Part shown: positions 1-7,827 of the stretch, one piece after another
Layout of the letters: each line of letters starts with the position of its first letter
Position numbering within the stretch: the first letter of the stretch is position 1
DNA from: a virus
DNA length: 42,124 nt
Virus record (IMG/VR): IMGVR_UViG_3300029181_000007
Reading direction: 5' to 3' (one strand)
Notes under the pieces: generated by a model
Told to the model about the DNA's origin: nothing
The model's database searches: none
Seen by the model: the letters and a program-made list of their open reading frames with translations, nothing else
Position numbers and translations under genes: made by a program

Positions 1-99
1 AAGAAAAAATCTGCCTGCGGTTGTTTCACAGACAGACTTTTCACCGATTTGTCACCAGAACGCACTTGCACCCCGGCGGTAATGCAAACATGCGCGTTT
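1..99. repeat. Terminal direct repeat, copy 1 (identical to 42026-42124)
   Basis: aagaaaaaatctgcctgcgg...aaacatgcgcgttt was read at both ends, and all 99 nt are identical. Confidence 0.95.
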
Positions 100-378
100 G
101 CACGTCTTTTGCGCCATGCGCGGCGTAAAAGTAACGCCTGGGCTGCAAAAACAACTTGCAGGGCTATGGGTACGCCGCTTCCTTTGGCGGGTCGGCACCG
201 CCTTGTAAGCCCTAGCGCTTCACGCACTTGCTCGTGTCTGGAACTGGCTGGCTCAAAAGTTGGGTCAATGAAATCACCTTCCTTTTGAATCAGTTTAACT
301 AGGAGCCTTGAACAGTATAGCAAATCGGTGCGCCGTTGTCAATTATGTTTCAACTTACGTTTTAAAGGAGGTGTGAAA

Positions 379-582
379 GTGCCTGAAAAATGGACAGGCC
401 GTTTAGTAGGCCGGATGCACAACAACCAGATTACAGTAGACGACGTAGCAAAGCATCTTGGATTTTCGAGAAGCTACTGTTCACTGATTTTGAACAGCAA
501 GCGCAACCCTCCCGGCATTCGGGAAAAGATGGAAACTGCCGTCAGCGAGATCATTAAGGAAAAGGAGGACAAAACGGCATGA
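379..582 (+). CDS. Small helix-turn-helix DNA-binding protein (Cro-like early regulator candidate)
   Basis: GTG start 7 nt after AAAGGAGG (364-371). HTH-like segment ITVDDVAKHLGFSRSYCSLILN. First gene downstream of the early promoter. ATGA overlap with the next gene. Confidence 0.6.
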   Translation: MPEKWTGRLVGRMHNNQITVDDVAKHLGFSRSYCSLILNSKRNPPGIREKMETAVSEIIKEKEDKTA

Positions 583-1382
583 GCGAATTAAGCAATCTCA
601 TCCCTATTAGCTACGACAACCCGGAGCGCCCCACGGTGAGCGGCCGGGAGCTGCACGAGTTTCTTGGCATCAAATCCAGATATAATGACTGGTTTAACAA
701 CATGACCGCCTACGGATTTGCCGAAAATGTCGATTATGTGTCGCTTACTAAAAATTTAGTAAACGGTGGACGCAGCACCGACCACCAGCTTACCATCCAA
801 ATGGCCAAAGAGCTGTGCATGATCCAGCGCAACGAACGAGGCAAGCAGGCGCGGCAATATTTCTTGGCCGTGGAGGCGCAGTGGAACAGCCCGGAAGCGG
901 TCATGCGCCGTGCGGTGCTGATCGCCCAGAGGCAGAACGACCAGCTCAAGGCCGCCAACCGCCAGCTTCTGGCCGAGAACAACGACCTGAAGCCGGATGC
1001 AGAGTATGCCCGGGCGGTGTGCGTGGGCAAGAACTGCCGCACCACTACCAGCCTTGCCAAGGATTACGGCCTGAGCGCCGAGAAGCTCAACAGCATCCTT
1101 CACGGCCTGAAGATCCAGTACAAGACCAGCGACGGGCAGTGGGTGTTATACGCAAAGTATAGTGGAAAAGGCTACACCAAAAACCGCAAATCCACGCCGT
1201 TCCAGCACAAGAGCACCGGCGAGTGGGACACCAAGAACACCACCGTTTGGACGGAAGCGGGCCAGCGGTTCATTTATGAGCAGCTCAAGGCTGTGGGAAT
1301 GCTGCCCAGCGTGGAGCGCAAGCAGAGCGTGGAGCAGATGGAGCTTGCCGCCCGGCAGCATAACCAGGACGGGGTGGCGTAA
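579..1382 (+). CDS. Phage antirepressor (AntA-like N-terminal domain plus KilAC C-terminal domain)
   Basis: N-terminal segment PTVSGRELHEFLGIKSRYNDWF...FAENVDY. C-terminal segment TTTSLAKDYGLSAEKLNSILHGLKIQYK...WVLYAKYSGKGY is the KilAC pattern. Confidence 0.85.
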   Translation: MSELSNLIPISYDNPERPTVSGRELHEFLGIKSRYNDWFNNMTAYGFAENVDYVSLTKNLVNGGRSTDHQLTIQMAKELCMIQRNERGKQARQYFLAVEAQWNSPEAVMRRAVLIAQRQNDQLKAANRQLLAENNDLKPDAEYARAVCVGKNCRTTTSLAKDYGLSAEKLNSILHGLKIQYKTSDGQWVLYAKYSGKGYTKNRKSTPFQHKSTGEWDTKNTTVWTEAGQRFIYEQLKAVGMLPSVERKQSVEQMELAARQHNQDGVA

Positions 1383-1422
1383 CATGACACTGAACTGCAT
1401 GAACGGTAAAGGAGGAGCAAGC

Positions 1423-1665
1423 ATGAAAAAAGCTATTGTTGGTGTAGCGTCCGTATTGGCAAGCGTTTTGCTGATGGCCGGATGCAATAAGCAGGTTATT
1501 GACCTGACCTATGAATACAGCTGGGCGCAGCTGAAAATGCCCGACGGAACGATTGTCGAGGGGAATGTCGAAAGCTGGTGCGACTATGAAGGCGACCAGC
1601 TTCAGGTTGTGATTGACGGTGTGACCTATCTGGTTCATTCGTCCAACATTGTCATGCGTCATTGA
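1423..1665 (+). CDS. Small secreted lipoprotein
   Basis: ATG 7 nt after AAAGGAGGAG. Signal peptide MKKAIVGVASVLASVLLMAG followed by C gives a lipobox (LMAGC). 80 aa. Confidence 0.7.
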   Translation: MKKAIVGVASVLASVLLMAGCNKQVIDLTYEYSWAQLKMPDGTIVEGNVESWCDYEGDQLQVVIDGVTYLVHSSNIVMRH

Positions 1666-1681
1666 TGCAGGGAGGATCTTT

Positions 1682-2002
1682 ATGAAAACCACGATGCGCG
1701 ATAAGGTTTGCCAGCTGATTGGCAAGTACAACGTGTTGGAGCAGCAGGCTATGGTTAAGGTCGCTGGCGGTGCATTTCGTACTATGCTCGGCAAGACGCC
1801 TACCAAAGAAGAGGAAAACGCTTCGGAGAAGGCCAGCATTTACCACTGGATGCAGGAAGATTTGAAGCAGCTTCTGGAAGAAGACGAAGCTGCAACAGCC
1901 CAGGATGACCCCCGCAAGACCGCCCCGGCTGGCAAGTGGTGCACGGAATCAGCGGCACAGGCAGCTGAGAGAGCCGCAAAGGAGGCGCGGAACAATGGGT
2001 GA
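1682..2002 (+). CDS. Hypothetical early protein
   Basis: ATG after GGGAGGA. 106 aa. Overlaps the next start. Confidence 0.5.
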   Translation: MKTTMRDKVCQLIGKYNVLEQQAMVKVAGGAFRTMLGKTPTKEEENASEKASIYHWMQEDLKQLLEEDEAATAQDDPRKTAPAGKWCTESAAQAAERAAKEARNNG

Positions 2003-2177
2003 AGCACTGGCGACCATCATCGCGTTTGCCGTCCTTCTGGGCATCTCGTGGGGCGTTACCTGCGCCGCCGTGTGGGCCATCTGCGCATTGATGCACTGGA
2101 CGTTCACCTGGGCCGCCGGAACGGCGGCGTGGATCGCGCTCTTGCTCATTGGCAGCTTTTGCAGCTCTAAGAAGTGA
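1995..2177 (+). CDS. Small membrane protein (two predicted TM helices)
   Basis: The internal ATG at 1995 begins MGEALATIIAFAVLLGISWGVTCAAVWAICAL...AAWIALLLIGSF, which is hydrophobic. Confidence 0.5.
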   Translation: MGEALATIIAFAVLLGISWGVTCAAVWAICALMHWTFTWAAGTAAWIALLLIGSFCSSKK

Positions 2178-2225
2178 GGCGCTGACCATGCCTGCACAAA
2201 AGAAACACACCAATAAAGGAAGGTT

Positions 2226-3017
2226 ATGAGCATGAGTGAAAAGATCATCGCCTACAAGGCCATGGACAAAAATATGCAGTGCCGTGGCAAGCAGTATGAG
2301 GTGGGCAAGACCTACCATGAGGGCAAGGCCGACTGCTGCCACGCTGGTATGCACGCCTGCGAGAACCCGCTGGATGTGCTGCACTACTACCCGTTGAAGG
2401 ATGGCCCGCGCTTTTTTGAGGTCGAGTGCGGCGGGAACGTGGATAAAAGCGAAGAGGACAGTAAGCTGGCCTGCACTGAGCTGACGGTGAAAGGTGAGGT
2501 GAATTTTGCATGGCTGGTAAAAGCTACAGTGAATGCTGTTTTTAATCGGGTGAAGGGCAAAGAACCTTTTTCCAGCGGCGATTCCAGTACGGCGGGTTCC
2601 AGCGGCGATTCCAGTACGGCGGGTTCCAGCGGCAATTTCAGCACGGCGGGTTCCAGCGGCTATTACAGCACGGCTGGTTCCAGCGGCAATTACAGCACGG
2701 CGGGTTCCAGCGGCGATTCCAGTACGGCTGGTTCCAGCGGCAATTACAGCACGGCTGGTTCCAGCGGCAATTACAGCACGGCGGCAGCCACTGGGGCTTA
2801 TTGCAACGCAAAAGCAGACGGAAAAGATAGCATTGCCGTTGTAAACGGTGCTTGCGGTAAGGCGTGCGGCGCACTGGGCTGCTATCTGGTGCTGACCGAG
2901 TACGATGATGACGGCAATATGTTGCTGGCCAAAATGGCAAAGGTTGACGGAGCCGTTATCAAAGAGAACACCTGGTACACCCTCAAAAATGGCGAGTTTG
3001 TGGAGGCTGCACCGTGA
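2226..3017 (+). CDS. Cys/His-motif N-terminal domain protein (DUF7666-like by recall) with eight SSGxxSTAG repeats
   Basis: N-terminal segment YKAMDKNMQCRGKQYEVGKTYHEG..CCHAGMHACENPLDVLHYY, followed by the 9-aa repeats. The start is more likely ATG 2232, which lies 8 nt after GGAAGG. Confidence 0.75.
   Translation: MSMSEKIIAYKAMDKNMQCRGKQYEVGKTYHEGKADCCHAGMHACENPLDVLHYYPLKDGPRFFEVECGGNVDKSEEDSKLACTELTVKGEVNFAWLVKATVNAVFNRVKGKEPFSSGDSSTAGSSGDSSTAGSSGNFSTAGSSGYYSTAGSSGNYSTAGSSGDSSTAGSSGNYSTAGSSGNYSTAAATGAYCNAKADGKDSIAVVNGACGKACGALGCYLVLTEYDDDGNMLLAKMAKVDGAVIKENTWYTLKNGEFVEAAP
2571..2786 (+). repeat. In-frame tandem repeat, 8 x 27 bp (tccagcggcgattccagtacggcgggt consensus)
   Basis: Eight consecutive near-identical 27-bp units were counted. 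They encode SSG(D/N/Y)(S/F/Y)STAG. Confidence 0.95.
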
Positions 3018-3178
3018 AGAAGCACTACAACAAGCGTTGGCTTGAACAGCGCTGGGATGCAAGGCAGCCGGAGCGGTTGGAGCATATCCGGCTGAAACGG
3101 CAGCTGAGAACAAAAAAGGAGGTGGACGATAATGAAGCCGAGCATGGGAATCGCAGAGTGCTGCCAGATCATGCGTGA
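3014..3178 (+). CDS. Possible small basic protein (54 aa, GTG start)
   Basis: GGAGG (3002-3006) lies 7 nt before the GTG. GTGA overlap with the upstream stop. It overlaps the next gene by 47 nt and is below the ORF-track cutoff. Confidence 0.3.
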   Translation: MKKHYNKRWLEQRWDARQPERLEHIRLKRQLRTKKEVDDNEAEHGNRRVLPDHA

Positions 3179-3368
3179 TAACAACATTTCGGTGAGTGAG
3201 CCAAATTTAAAGGCGATGATTCAGGCGGGTAGCTTTCCCCAGTGGGCGGTGCCATCCGTTGGCACGGACAATGCGGCTCCGTTGATTTCTCGTGCCGGAT
3301 TTGTGGCGTGGGTGAAGGACTTTTACAAGCTCGAAAAGGTTTACACAAAGGAGGATCCGAAAGAATGA
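3132..3368 (+). CDS. Small DNA-binding protein (excisionase/HTH_17-like pattern)
   Basis: AAAAAGGAGG SD. GIAECCQIMRDNNISVSEPNLKAMIQAGSFPQWAV...LISRAGFVAWV resembles MerR/Xis-type winged HTH proteins. Confidence 0.5.
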   Translation: MKPSMGIAECCQIMRDNNISVSEPNLKAMIQAGSFPQWAVPSVGTDNAAPLISRAGFVAWVKDFYKLEKVYTKEDPKE

Positions 3369-3649
3369 AACTCAAATCTACTACTTACTACTGGTTGGCT
3401 GTCGTTTTTGGCGGCGTTGGAATGGGCGCAGCTATGGGTGCAGAGGGCACCGCGCAGACCACCGGATATATCTCCAGCACACTGTTTGCGGTGTCGCTGG
3501 CGCTGATTTTGGCCGCTGTTCTGCTGGCTCGTCTGGGCTTTGCCGCAGAGGACAGGGAGAGAGCCGCAAAGCGGCGCAAGTACGGCAAGATCAACCGTGC
3601 CCACGCCCGCAACCCGGAATATCCGGAGAATCAGGAGCGTGGGGCATGA
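3365..3649 (+). CDS. Membrane protein (two TM helices, basic tail)
   Basis: ATGA coupling to the upstream gene. YYWLAVVFGGVGMGAAMGA and LFAVSLALILAAVLLARLGF are hydrophobic. Confidence 0.55.
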   Translation: MKLKSTTYYWLAVVFGGVGMGAAMGAEGTAQTTGYISSTLFAVSLALILAAVLLARLGFAAEDRERAAKRRKYGKINRAHARNPEYPENQERGA

Positions 3650-3855
3650 TGACGGCCAAAGAGTACGTTGAGGGCAAAGTCAAATCCTACACGCGGCTTG
3701 CCGAACGCTGCAGGCGAGAAGCCGAAGCCTCAGACGACATTGTTGTCCGGGCCGGATACTCCGCACGGGCAAACGTCTGGGAGATGTGCGCCGAAGAAAT
3801 GGACAACGTGTGGGAGATGCTGCAAGAGGAGTCCGGGGAGATCACGTATGCCTGA
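3646..3855 (+). CDS. Hypothetical protein
   Basis: Start overlaps the upstream stop. 69 aa. Confidence 0.5.
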   Translation: MMTAKEYVEGKVKSYTRLAERCRREAEASDDIVVRAGYSARANVWEMCAEEMDNVWEMLQEESGEITYA

Positions 3856-4138
3856 CACTGTCCACCATGTCATGTGGTACACCGTCTGGGATGCCAAGAC
3901 CGGAGATCTGGTAGCATCCGGCACGGCGGCAATGTGCGCCCGACGGCTGGGGTATTCCAGCTCCGGCAGCTTTGCCATCGCGGTGAGCCACTGGCTGCAC
4001 GACGGAAGCCGACACGTCAAGTACACCATCCGGCGGGAACGCATTCCCCGCAGCGAGGTGGACAGCCTGCCGCAGCGTCGCAAGCGTAAAAAGAAGCAGC
4101 CTGCCAGTGTGTTCCAGCACGGACAAGCCACAAGGTGA
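3848..4138 (+). CDS. Hypothetical protein with basic C-terminal tail
   Basis: The internal ATG at 3848 overlaps the upstream gene end. MPDTVHHVMWYTVWDAKTGDLVASG...QRRKRKKKQ. Confidence 0.5.
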   Translation: MPDTVHHVMWYTVWDAKTGDLVASGTAAMCARRLGYSSSGSFAIAVSHWLHDGSRHVKYTIRRERIPRSEVDSLPQRRKRKKKQPASVFQHGQATR

Positions 4139-4192
4139 CGGGGTTCCAGAGTTCCATCACCACAAAGATATCACAAACAGGAGGTTTTTACA

Positions 4193-4387
4193 ATGCATGA
4201 CGTGGCATTTTACTATTGCTACGGACACCGCAAAGAGCACTGCAGCATTGACGTGCAATGCTTTGAGGGCGAGCCGGTCAAGGCCAGCGTGGACGCCCAG
4301 CACTGGGCAGATGAGCAGATCCAGACCGGTGAATACAGCCAGATCGACGTCAAGGACGCCCTGGGCAACATGATCTATTCGAGGTGA
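4193..4387 (+). CDS. Hypothetical protein
   Basis: ACAGGAGG SD. 64 aa. Confidence 0.5.
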   Translation: MHDVAFYYCYGHRKEHCSIDVQCFEGEPVKASVDAQHWADEQIQTGEYSQIDVKDALGNMIYSR

Positions 4388-4393
4388 ATATTT

Positions 4394-4801
4394 ATGCAGT
4401 GCAGTGAAAAAGGCAAAATCTGCCTGAACTACGCGTTCAACGTGCCGGAGTGGCAGTTGGACATGACCCTGGATGCGCTGGCCGCGCTTGGCGCCGCCGT
4501 GAGCGCCTGCGGAAAGGTGCAGAAAGCCGTTGCCGGAGATTTGGCGTGGATCAAGAGACACCCGAACAGCATGTATATGGGCACGGAGCCCATCGACCGG
4601 GCACGGGCGTGCAATGAGGCCGCAACCGCCCTTGGACGGGCCGTCTATGCGCTGGAAGTCATTCTGTGCCAGTCCAGCCAGTTCGGATTTGCGCATGATC
4701 TGGCCCGTGCCGCACAGACCGGCTATAACGTTGAGCATGTGGCGCTTGAGACCCGCTGCCGTGAGCATGGGTGCGAGGATGTAGCATATAAGCATGGATA
4801 A
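4394..4801 (+). CDS. Hypothetical protein
   Basis: 135-aa ORF in the operon, overlapping the next start. Confidence 0.5.
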   Translation: MQCSEKGKICLNYAFNVPEWQLDMTLDALAALGAAVSACGKVQKAVAGDLAWIKRHPNSMYMGTEPIDRARACNEAATALGRAVYALEVILCQSSQFGFAHDLARAAQTGYNVEHVALETRCREHGCEDVAYKHG

Positions 4802-5441
4802 AACGAGCATTTATGAGGCATCTCGATCTGTCCCGCCGGAAGCGCAGAAGCGGATCAGCGGCGGGCGGCTGAACGGCATGACCGACATCAACCCCATGTG
4901 GCGCGTCAAGAAGCTGACCGAGCTTTTCGGCCCGGCGGGCATCGGTTGGAAGTTCGACCCGCCAGTATTCGAGGAAAAACCCGGCGTCAACGGCGAGGTG
5001 ATGGTGCATTGCTTCACCTGCCTGTACATCCGGCAGGACGATGGGACCGCCTGGAGCGCTCCTATTCCCGGCGTTGGCGGGTCCATGCTGATCTCCACCG
5101 AGAAAAGCGGCCAGCGCACAGACGATGAAGCGTATAAAAAAGCCTACACGGACGCCCAGGGCGTGGCATGTAAGGCGCTTGGTATTGGTGCAGACGTGTA
5201 TTGGAACGCAGATGCAACCAAGTACAGCGCCCCTGCAGCAAGGCCTGCACAGAAGCCCTCCGCCCCTCCTGTCTGTGCCTGCTGTGGGAAGCAGATCACT
5301 GGCATCAAGTCCAAGGACGGAAAATCTGCGCTGACCGCCGAACAGGCAGCCGACCGCAGTTTCAAAAAATACGGGCGTGTCCTCTGCATGGAGTGCGCCA
5401 GAAAGCAGCCGAAAGAAGATGGAGGATTGACGCATGCTTAA
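4794..5441 (+). CDS. Rad52/Sak-like single-strand annealing protein with C-terminal zinc ribbon
   Basis: KKLTELFGPAGIGWKF and DDEAYKKAYTDAQGVACKALGIGADVYW fit the Rad52-type SSAP signature. C-terminal CACCGK...CMEC. Lies directly upstream of ssb. Confidence 0.65.
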   Translation: MDKTSIYEASRSVPPEAQKRISGGRLNGMTDINPMWRVKKLTELFGPAGIGWKFDPPVFEEKPGVNGEVMVHCFTCLYIRQDDGTAWSAPIPGVGGSMLISTEKSGQRTDDEAYKKAYTDAQGVACKALGIGADVYWNADATKYSAPAARPAQKPSAPPVCACCGKQITGIKSKDGKSALTAEQAADRSFKKYGRVLCMECARKQPKEDGGLTHA

Positions 5442-5907
5442 CGTTGTAGCCATCATGGGCCGCCTTGTGGCGGACCCGGAACTCAAGACCACCACGCAGG
5501 GCACCAGCGTGTGCCGTTTCCGTATCGCCTGCGACCGCAGCTATGTTCGTCAGGGCGAGGAACGCAAGGCCGATTTTATTGACATTGCCGCATGGCGGCA
5601 GACTGCCGAGTTCGTCTGCAAGTATTTCCAGAAGGGCAGCCTGATCGCCATCGACGGCAGCATCCAGACCCGCCAGTATCAGGACAAGAACGGCAACAAC
5701 CGTACCGTTTTCGAGGTCGTGGCCAACAATGTGAGCTTTGCAGGCTCCAAGGCCGCAGACAAGCCCGCTGTGCAGAGTTTCGACCAGCAGACGCAAAGTT
5801 ACACTCGGCAGGCAAACGCCTCTCACAGCGCACCGCAGGCCGGTTACGCGCAGGGCGAGCCGGACGACTTTGACGAGATCACCGACGACGGCGACCTGCC
5901 GTTCTGA
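5434..5907 (+). CDS. ssb: Single-stranded DNA-binding protein
   Basis: OB-fold pattern MLNVVAIMGRLVADPELKTT..G..VCRFRIA...FIDIAAWR..AE. Acidic tail DDGDLPF. Confidence 0.9.
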   Translation: MLNVVAIMGRLVADPELKTTTQGTSVCRFRIACDRSYVRQGEERKADFIDIAAWRQTAEFVCKYFQKGSLIAIDGSIQTRQYQDKNGNNRTVFEVVANNVSFAGSKAADKPAVQSFDQQTQSYTRQANASHSAPQAGYAQGEPDDFDEITDDGDLPF

Positions 5908-5965
5908 TGACCGGCAAAGCGCTGTGCTATCTGGCGTTACGGGCGTGCAAAGGAGGTGAAAGCGG

Positions 5966-6751
5966 TTGAAAGAGGAAGAACAGAAAAGCATAGTCATTTA
6001 CAAGTCATGGAAAAAGCCATTGCGGAAATTGTCTCTGGAGCAAAAAGGCAGGATTTTTGATGCGCTGCTTGATTTCCCCGATCCACCGAATTTTGAGGAC
6101 GACCAGAAGCTCGAAATGGCGTGGGATTTTATGTCCGAGGCTGTGGAATCAAATTCTAAAAAATGGAACGAAAAACGAGAAAAGAGAGCTGCAGCAGGGC
6201 GTAAAGGTGCAGAAGTTACAAACGGCAAGCGTCAGCAAAACGCGGCAAATCCGGCAAATGCCGACTTTGACGAGCAAAAACAGCAAAACGCGGCAAATCC
6301 GGCTGTATCTGTAAATGGTAATGGTAATGTAAATGGTAATGGTAATGTAAATGGTAATGGTATATCCCCTAACGGGGATATATATAATAGCGCCGCCCCC
6401 GCCGCCGTTGACGTAGAACTTTCCAAGATCGTCCAGCATTATCAGCAGGCCGTTGGGGACTTCCCACGCTCTGCGCTGGACAAGCTGCAGAAGTGGAGGC
6501 AGGAGTACAGCACAGAGATGATCCTGCTGGCGATTGACAAGGCTACAGAAGCCGGAAAACGCTCGTGGAACTACATCAACGGCATATTGTCCGGCTGGAA
6601 ACGGGACGGCCTGCGCACACCGGGAGACGTGGAAGCCAACGAACAAAGCCGACAAGCCAGACCGAGAGGCAAGCAGCCAACCGAGACCGTAGACGACCAG
6701 CTTGCACGGGTGCTGGCGAAGATGGACAGAGAAAGAGGGTTTGAGACATGA
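5966..6751 (+). CDS. DnaD-like replication initiation / replisome organizer protein
   Basis: TTG start 9 nt after AGGAGG. C-terminal MILLAIDKATEAGKRSWNYINGILSGWKRDGLRT is the DnaD/DnaB_2 pattern. Low-complexity N/G/Q linker. Confidence 0.7.
   Translation: MKEEEQKSIVIYKSWKKPLRKLSLEQKGRIFDALLDFPDPPNFEDDQKLEMAWDFMSEAVESNSKKWNEKREKRAAAGRKGAEVTNGKRQQNAANPANADFDEQKQQNAANPAVSVNGNGNVNGNGNVNGNGISPNGDIYNSAAPAAVDVELSKIVQHYQQAVGDFPRSALDKLQKWRQEYSTEMILLAIDKATEAGKRSWNYINGILSGWKRDGLRTPGDVEANEQSRQARPRGKQPTETVDDQLARVLAKMDRERGFET
6311..6362 (+). repeat. In-frame 18-bp tandem repeat (gtaaatggtaatggtaat, about 3 copies) encoding VNGNGN
   Basis: Read directly. It lies in the linker of the DnaD-like protein. A 23-bp direct repeat occurs nearby (6233-6255 and 6281-6303). 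Confidence 0.9.
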
Positions 6752-7317
6752 CGCGGGAAGACGTGGCAAAGCTGATCCGCATGAATTTTGTGCTGTACAA
6801 GCTGGGTTCCAAGCCACTGACCGATGAGGAGATGCAGACCACTATCGATGTGTGGGCGTATCAGTTTGGCGACTATGACGGCGATACTGTCAAGCGGGCT
6901 TTTCTGGCGGCAAACCGGGTATGCGTTTATCCGGTCACGGTGGCCGACATCTTCAAGCAGCTTTCCCAGTGTCTTGACCCGTCCGCTGAATGGGAAGCTC
7001 TGGCTGTAGCGGCACGCAAGGCACAGACATTTTTGAGCTGGCGCAAGTTCCCGATGGTGACCGGCATTGATGAAAAGGGCGGGCTGCTGCGTAGTGACGG
7101 ACAGAAAGAGCTGAAAGCCCTGTATGACCAACTCCCCCCGGCGGCAAAATCCTATGCCGGGAGCGTGGGAGGGCTTGCAGAGCTGGCTGAAATGCCGGAC
7201 CTCACATACCGCCGTGCTGAGTTTTTGAAGCAGGCGCAGGCCGATATCACCACCGCCCCGCGTGAAGCTGCAAGGCTGCGGGCGAGCGAGCTGACAAGGA
7301 AGGAGATTGAAAAATGA
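6748..7317 (+). CDS. Putative replicative helicase loader/inhibitor (G39P-like N-terminal domain)
   Basis: ATGA coupling to the DnaD-like gene. The N-terminal pattern VAKLIRMNFVLY...DVWAYQFGDYDGDTVKRAF...YPVTVADIF resembles G39P-type loaders. Confidence 0.45.
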   Translation: MTREDVAKLIRMNFVLYKLGSKPLTDEEMQTTIDVWAYQFGDYDGDTVKRAFLAANRVCVYPVTVADIFKQLSQCLDPSAEWEALAVAARKAQTFLSWRKFPMVTGIDEKGGLLRSDGQKELKALYDQLPPAAKSYAGSVGGLAELAEMPDLTYRRAEFLKQAQADITTAPREAARLRASELTRKEIEK

Positions 7318-7649
7318 GCGAATATATCGACCGCGAAAAAGCCATCGCAAAAATCAAAGCAGCATATTGCTGTGGCTGCGAAAATTACAACGGCGTAAGA
7401 TGCCGCGCGTGTCAGATTATGGACGCGATGGATGTGCTGGAAGATGAACCGGCAGTGCCTGTGATTGACGCGGAATCTATGAAAAAGTACCTGACCGACT
7501 GGAAAGACGGGCTGGACGGGAGCGGAAATTGGGGGTACTCGTACGCAATCAGGGCAGAGCAAACGGTTCAGGTGCTGGATACCACACTGAACCACATTGG
7601 TTACATGCTCAAGGAGAACAGCGGGGTGCAGACCGATGGTAAAACTTGA
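7314..7649 (+). CDS. Hypothetical Cys-rich protein
   Basis: ATGA coupling. CCGCENYNGVRCRAC motif. Confidence 0.5.
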   Translation: MSEYIDREKAIAKIKAAYCCGCENYNGVRCRACQIMDAMDVLEDEPAVPVIDAESMKKYLTDWKDGLDGSGNWGYSYAIRAEQTVQVLDTTLNHIGYMLKENSGVQTDGKT

Positions 7650-7827
7650 ACCCTGCAAAGACTGCCCCGACCGGCACCCGATCTGTCACGACAGCTGCCC
7701 GAAGTACGCCGAGTACAAGCGTCAGCTGAAAGCGCAGCGCATCTACACCAACGGTAACCACGCGGCAGAGCGCATCAACCGCAACGATTTCAACAAAGAG
7801 GGATGGATGGGAGGAAGAAAACGGTGA
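7636..7827 (+). CDS. Small Cys-rich (zinc-binding?) protein
   Basis: Internal ATG at 7636. MVKLEPCKDCPDRHPICHDSCPKY. Confidence 0.45.
   Translation: MVKLEPCKDCPDRHPICHDSCPKYAEYKRQLKAQRIYTNGNHAAERINRNDFNKEGWMGGRKR

Noticed and set aside
49-288. A 79-aa ORF in the early leader.
   Set aside because: It has no SD and an Arg/Cys/Ala-rich translation, and it runs through several hairpins. It is treated as non-coding leader.
2571-2786. Regular 27-bp repeats, and the 18-bp repeats at 6311-6362, considered as a possible CRISPR array.
   Set aside because: The repeats are directly adjacent without spacers, in frame inside well-supported CDSs, and no cas genes are present.
1800-3113. A 437-aa minus-strand ORF opposite early genes. 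Similar long antisense ORFs occur at 15044-16480, 17852-19360, 23983-24720, 26249-27154, 27018-27914, 28018-28893, 29359-30117 and 35327-36157.
   Set aside because: All lie antisense to well-supported, SD-preceded, translationally coupled plus-strand genes. They have Arg/Ala/Gly/Pro-heavy low-complexity translations and lack SD sequences. They are typical stop-poor shadow frames in GC-rich DNA.
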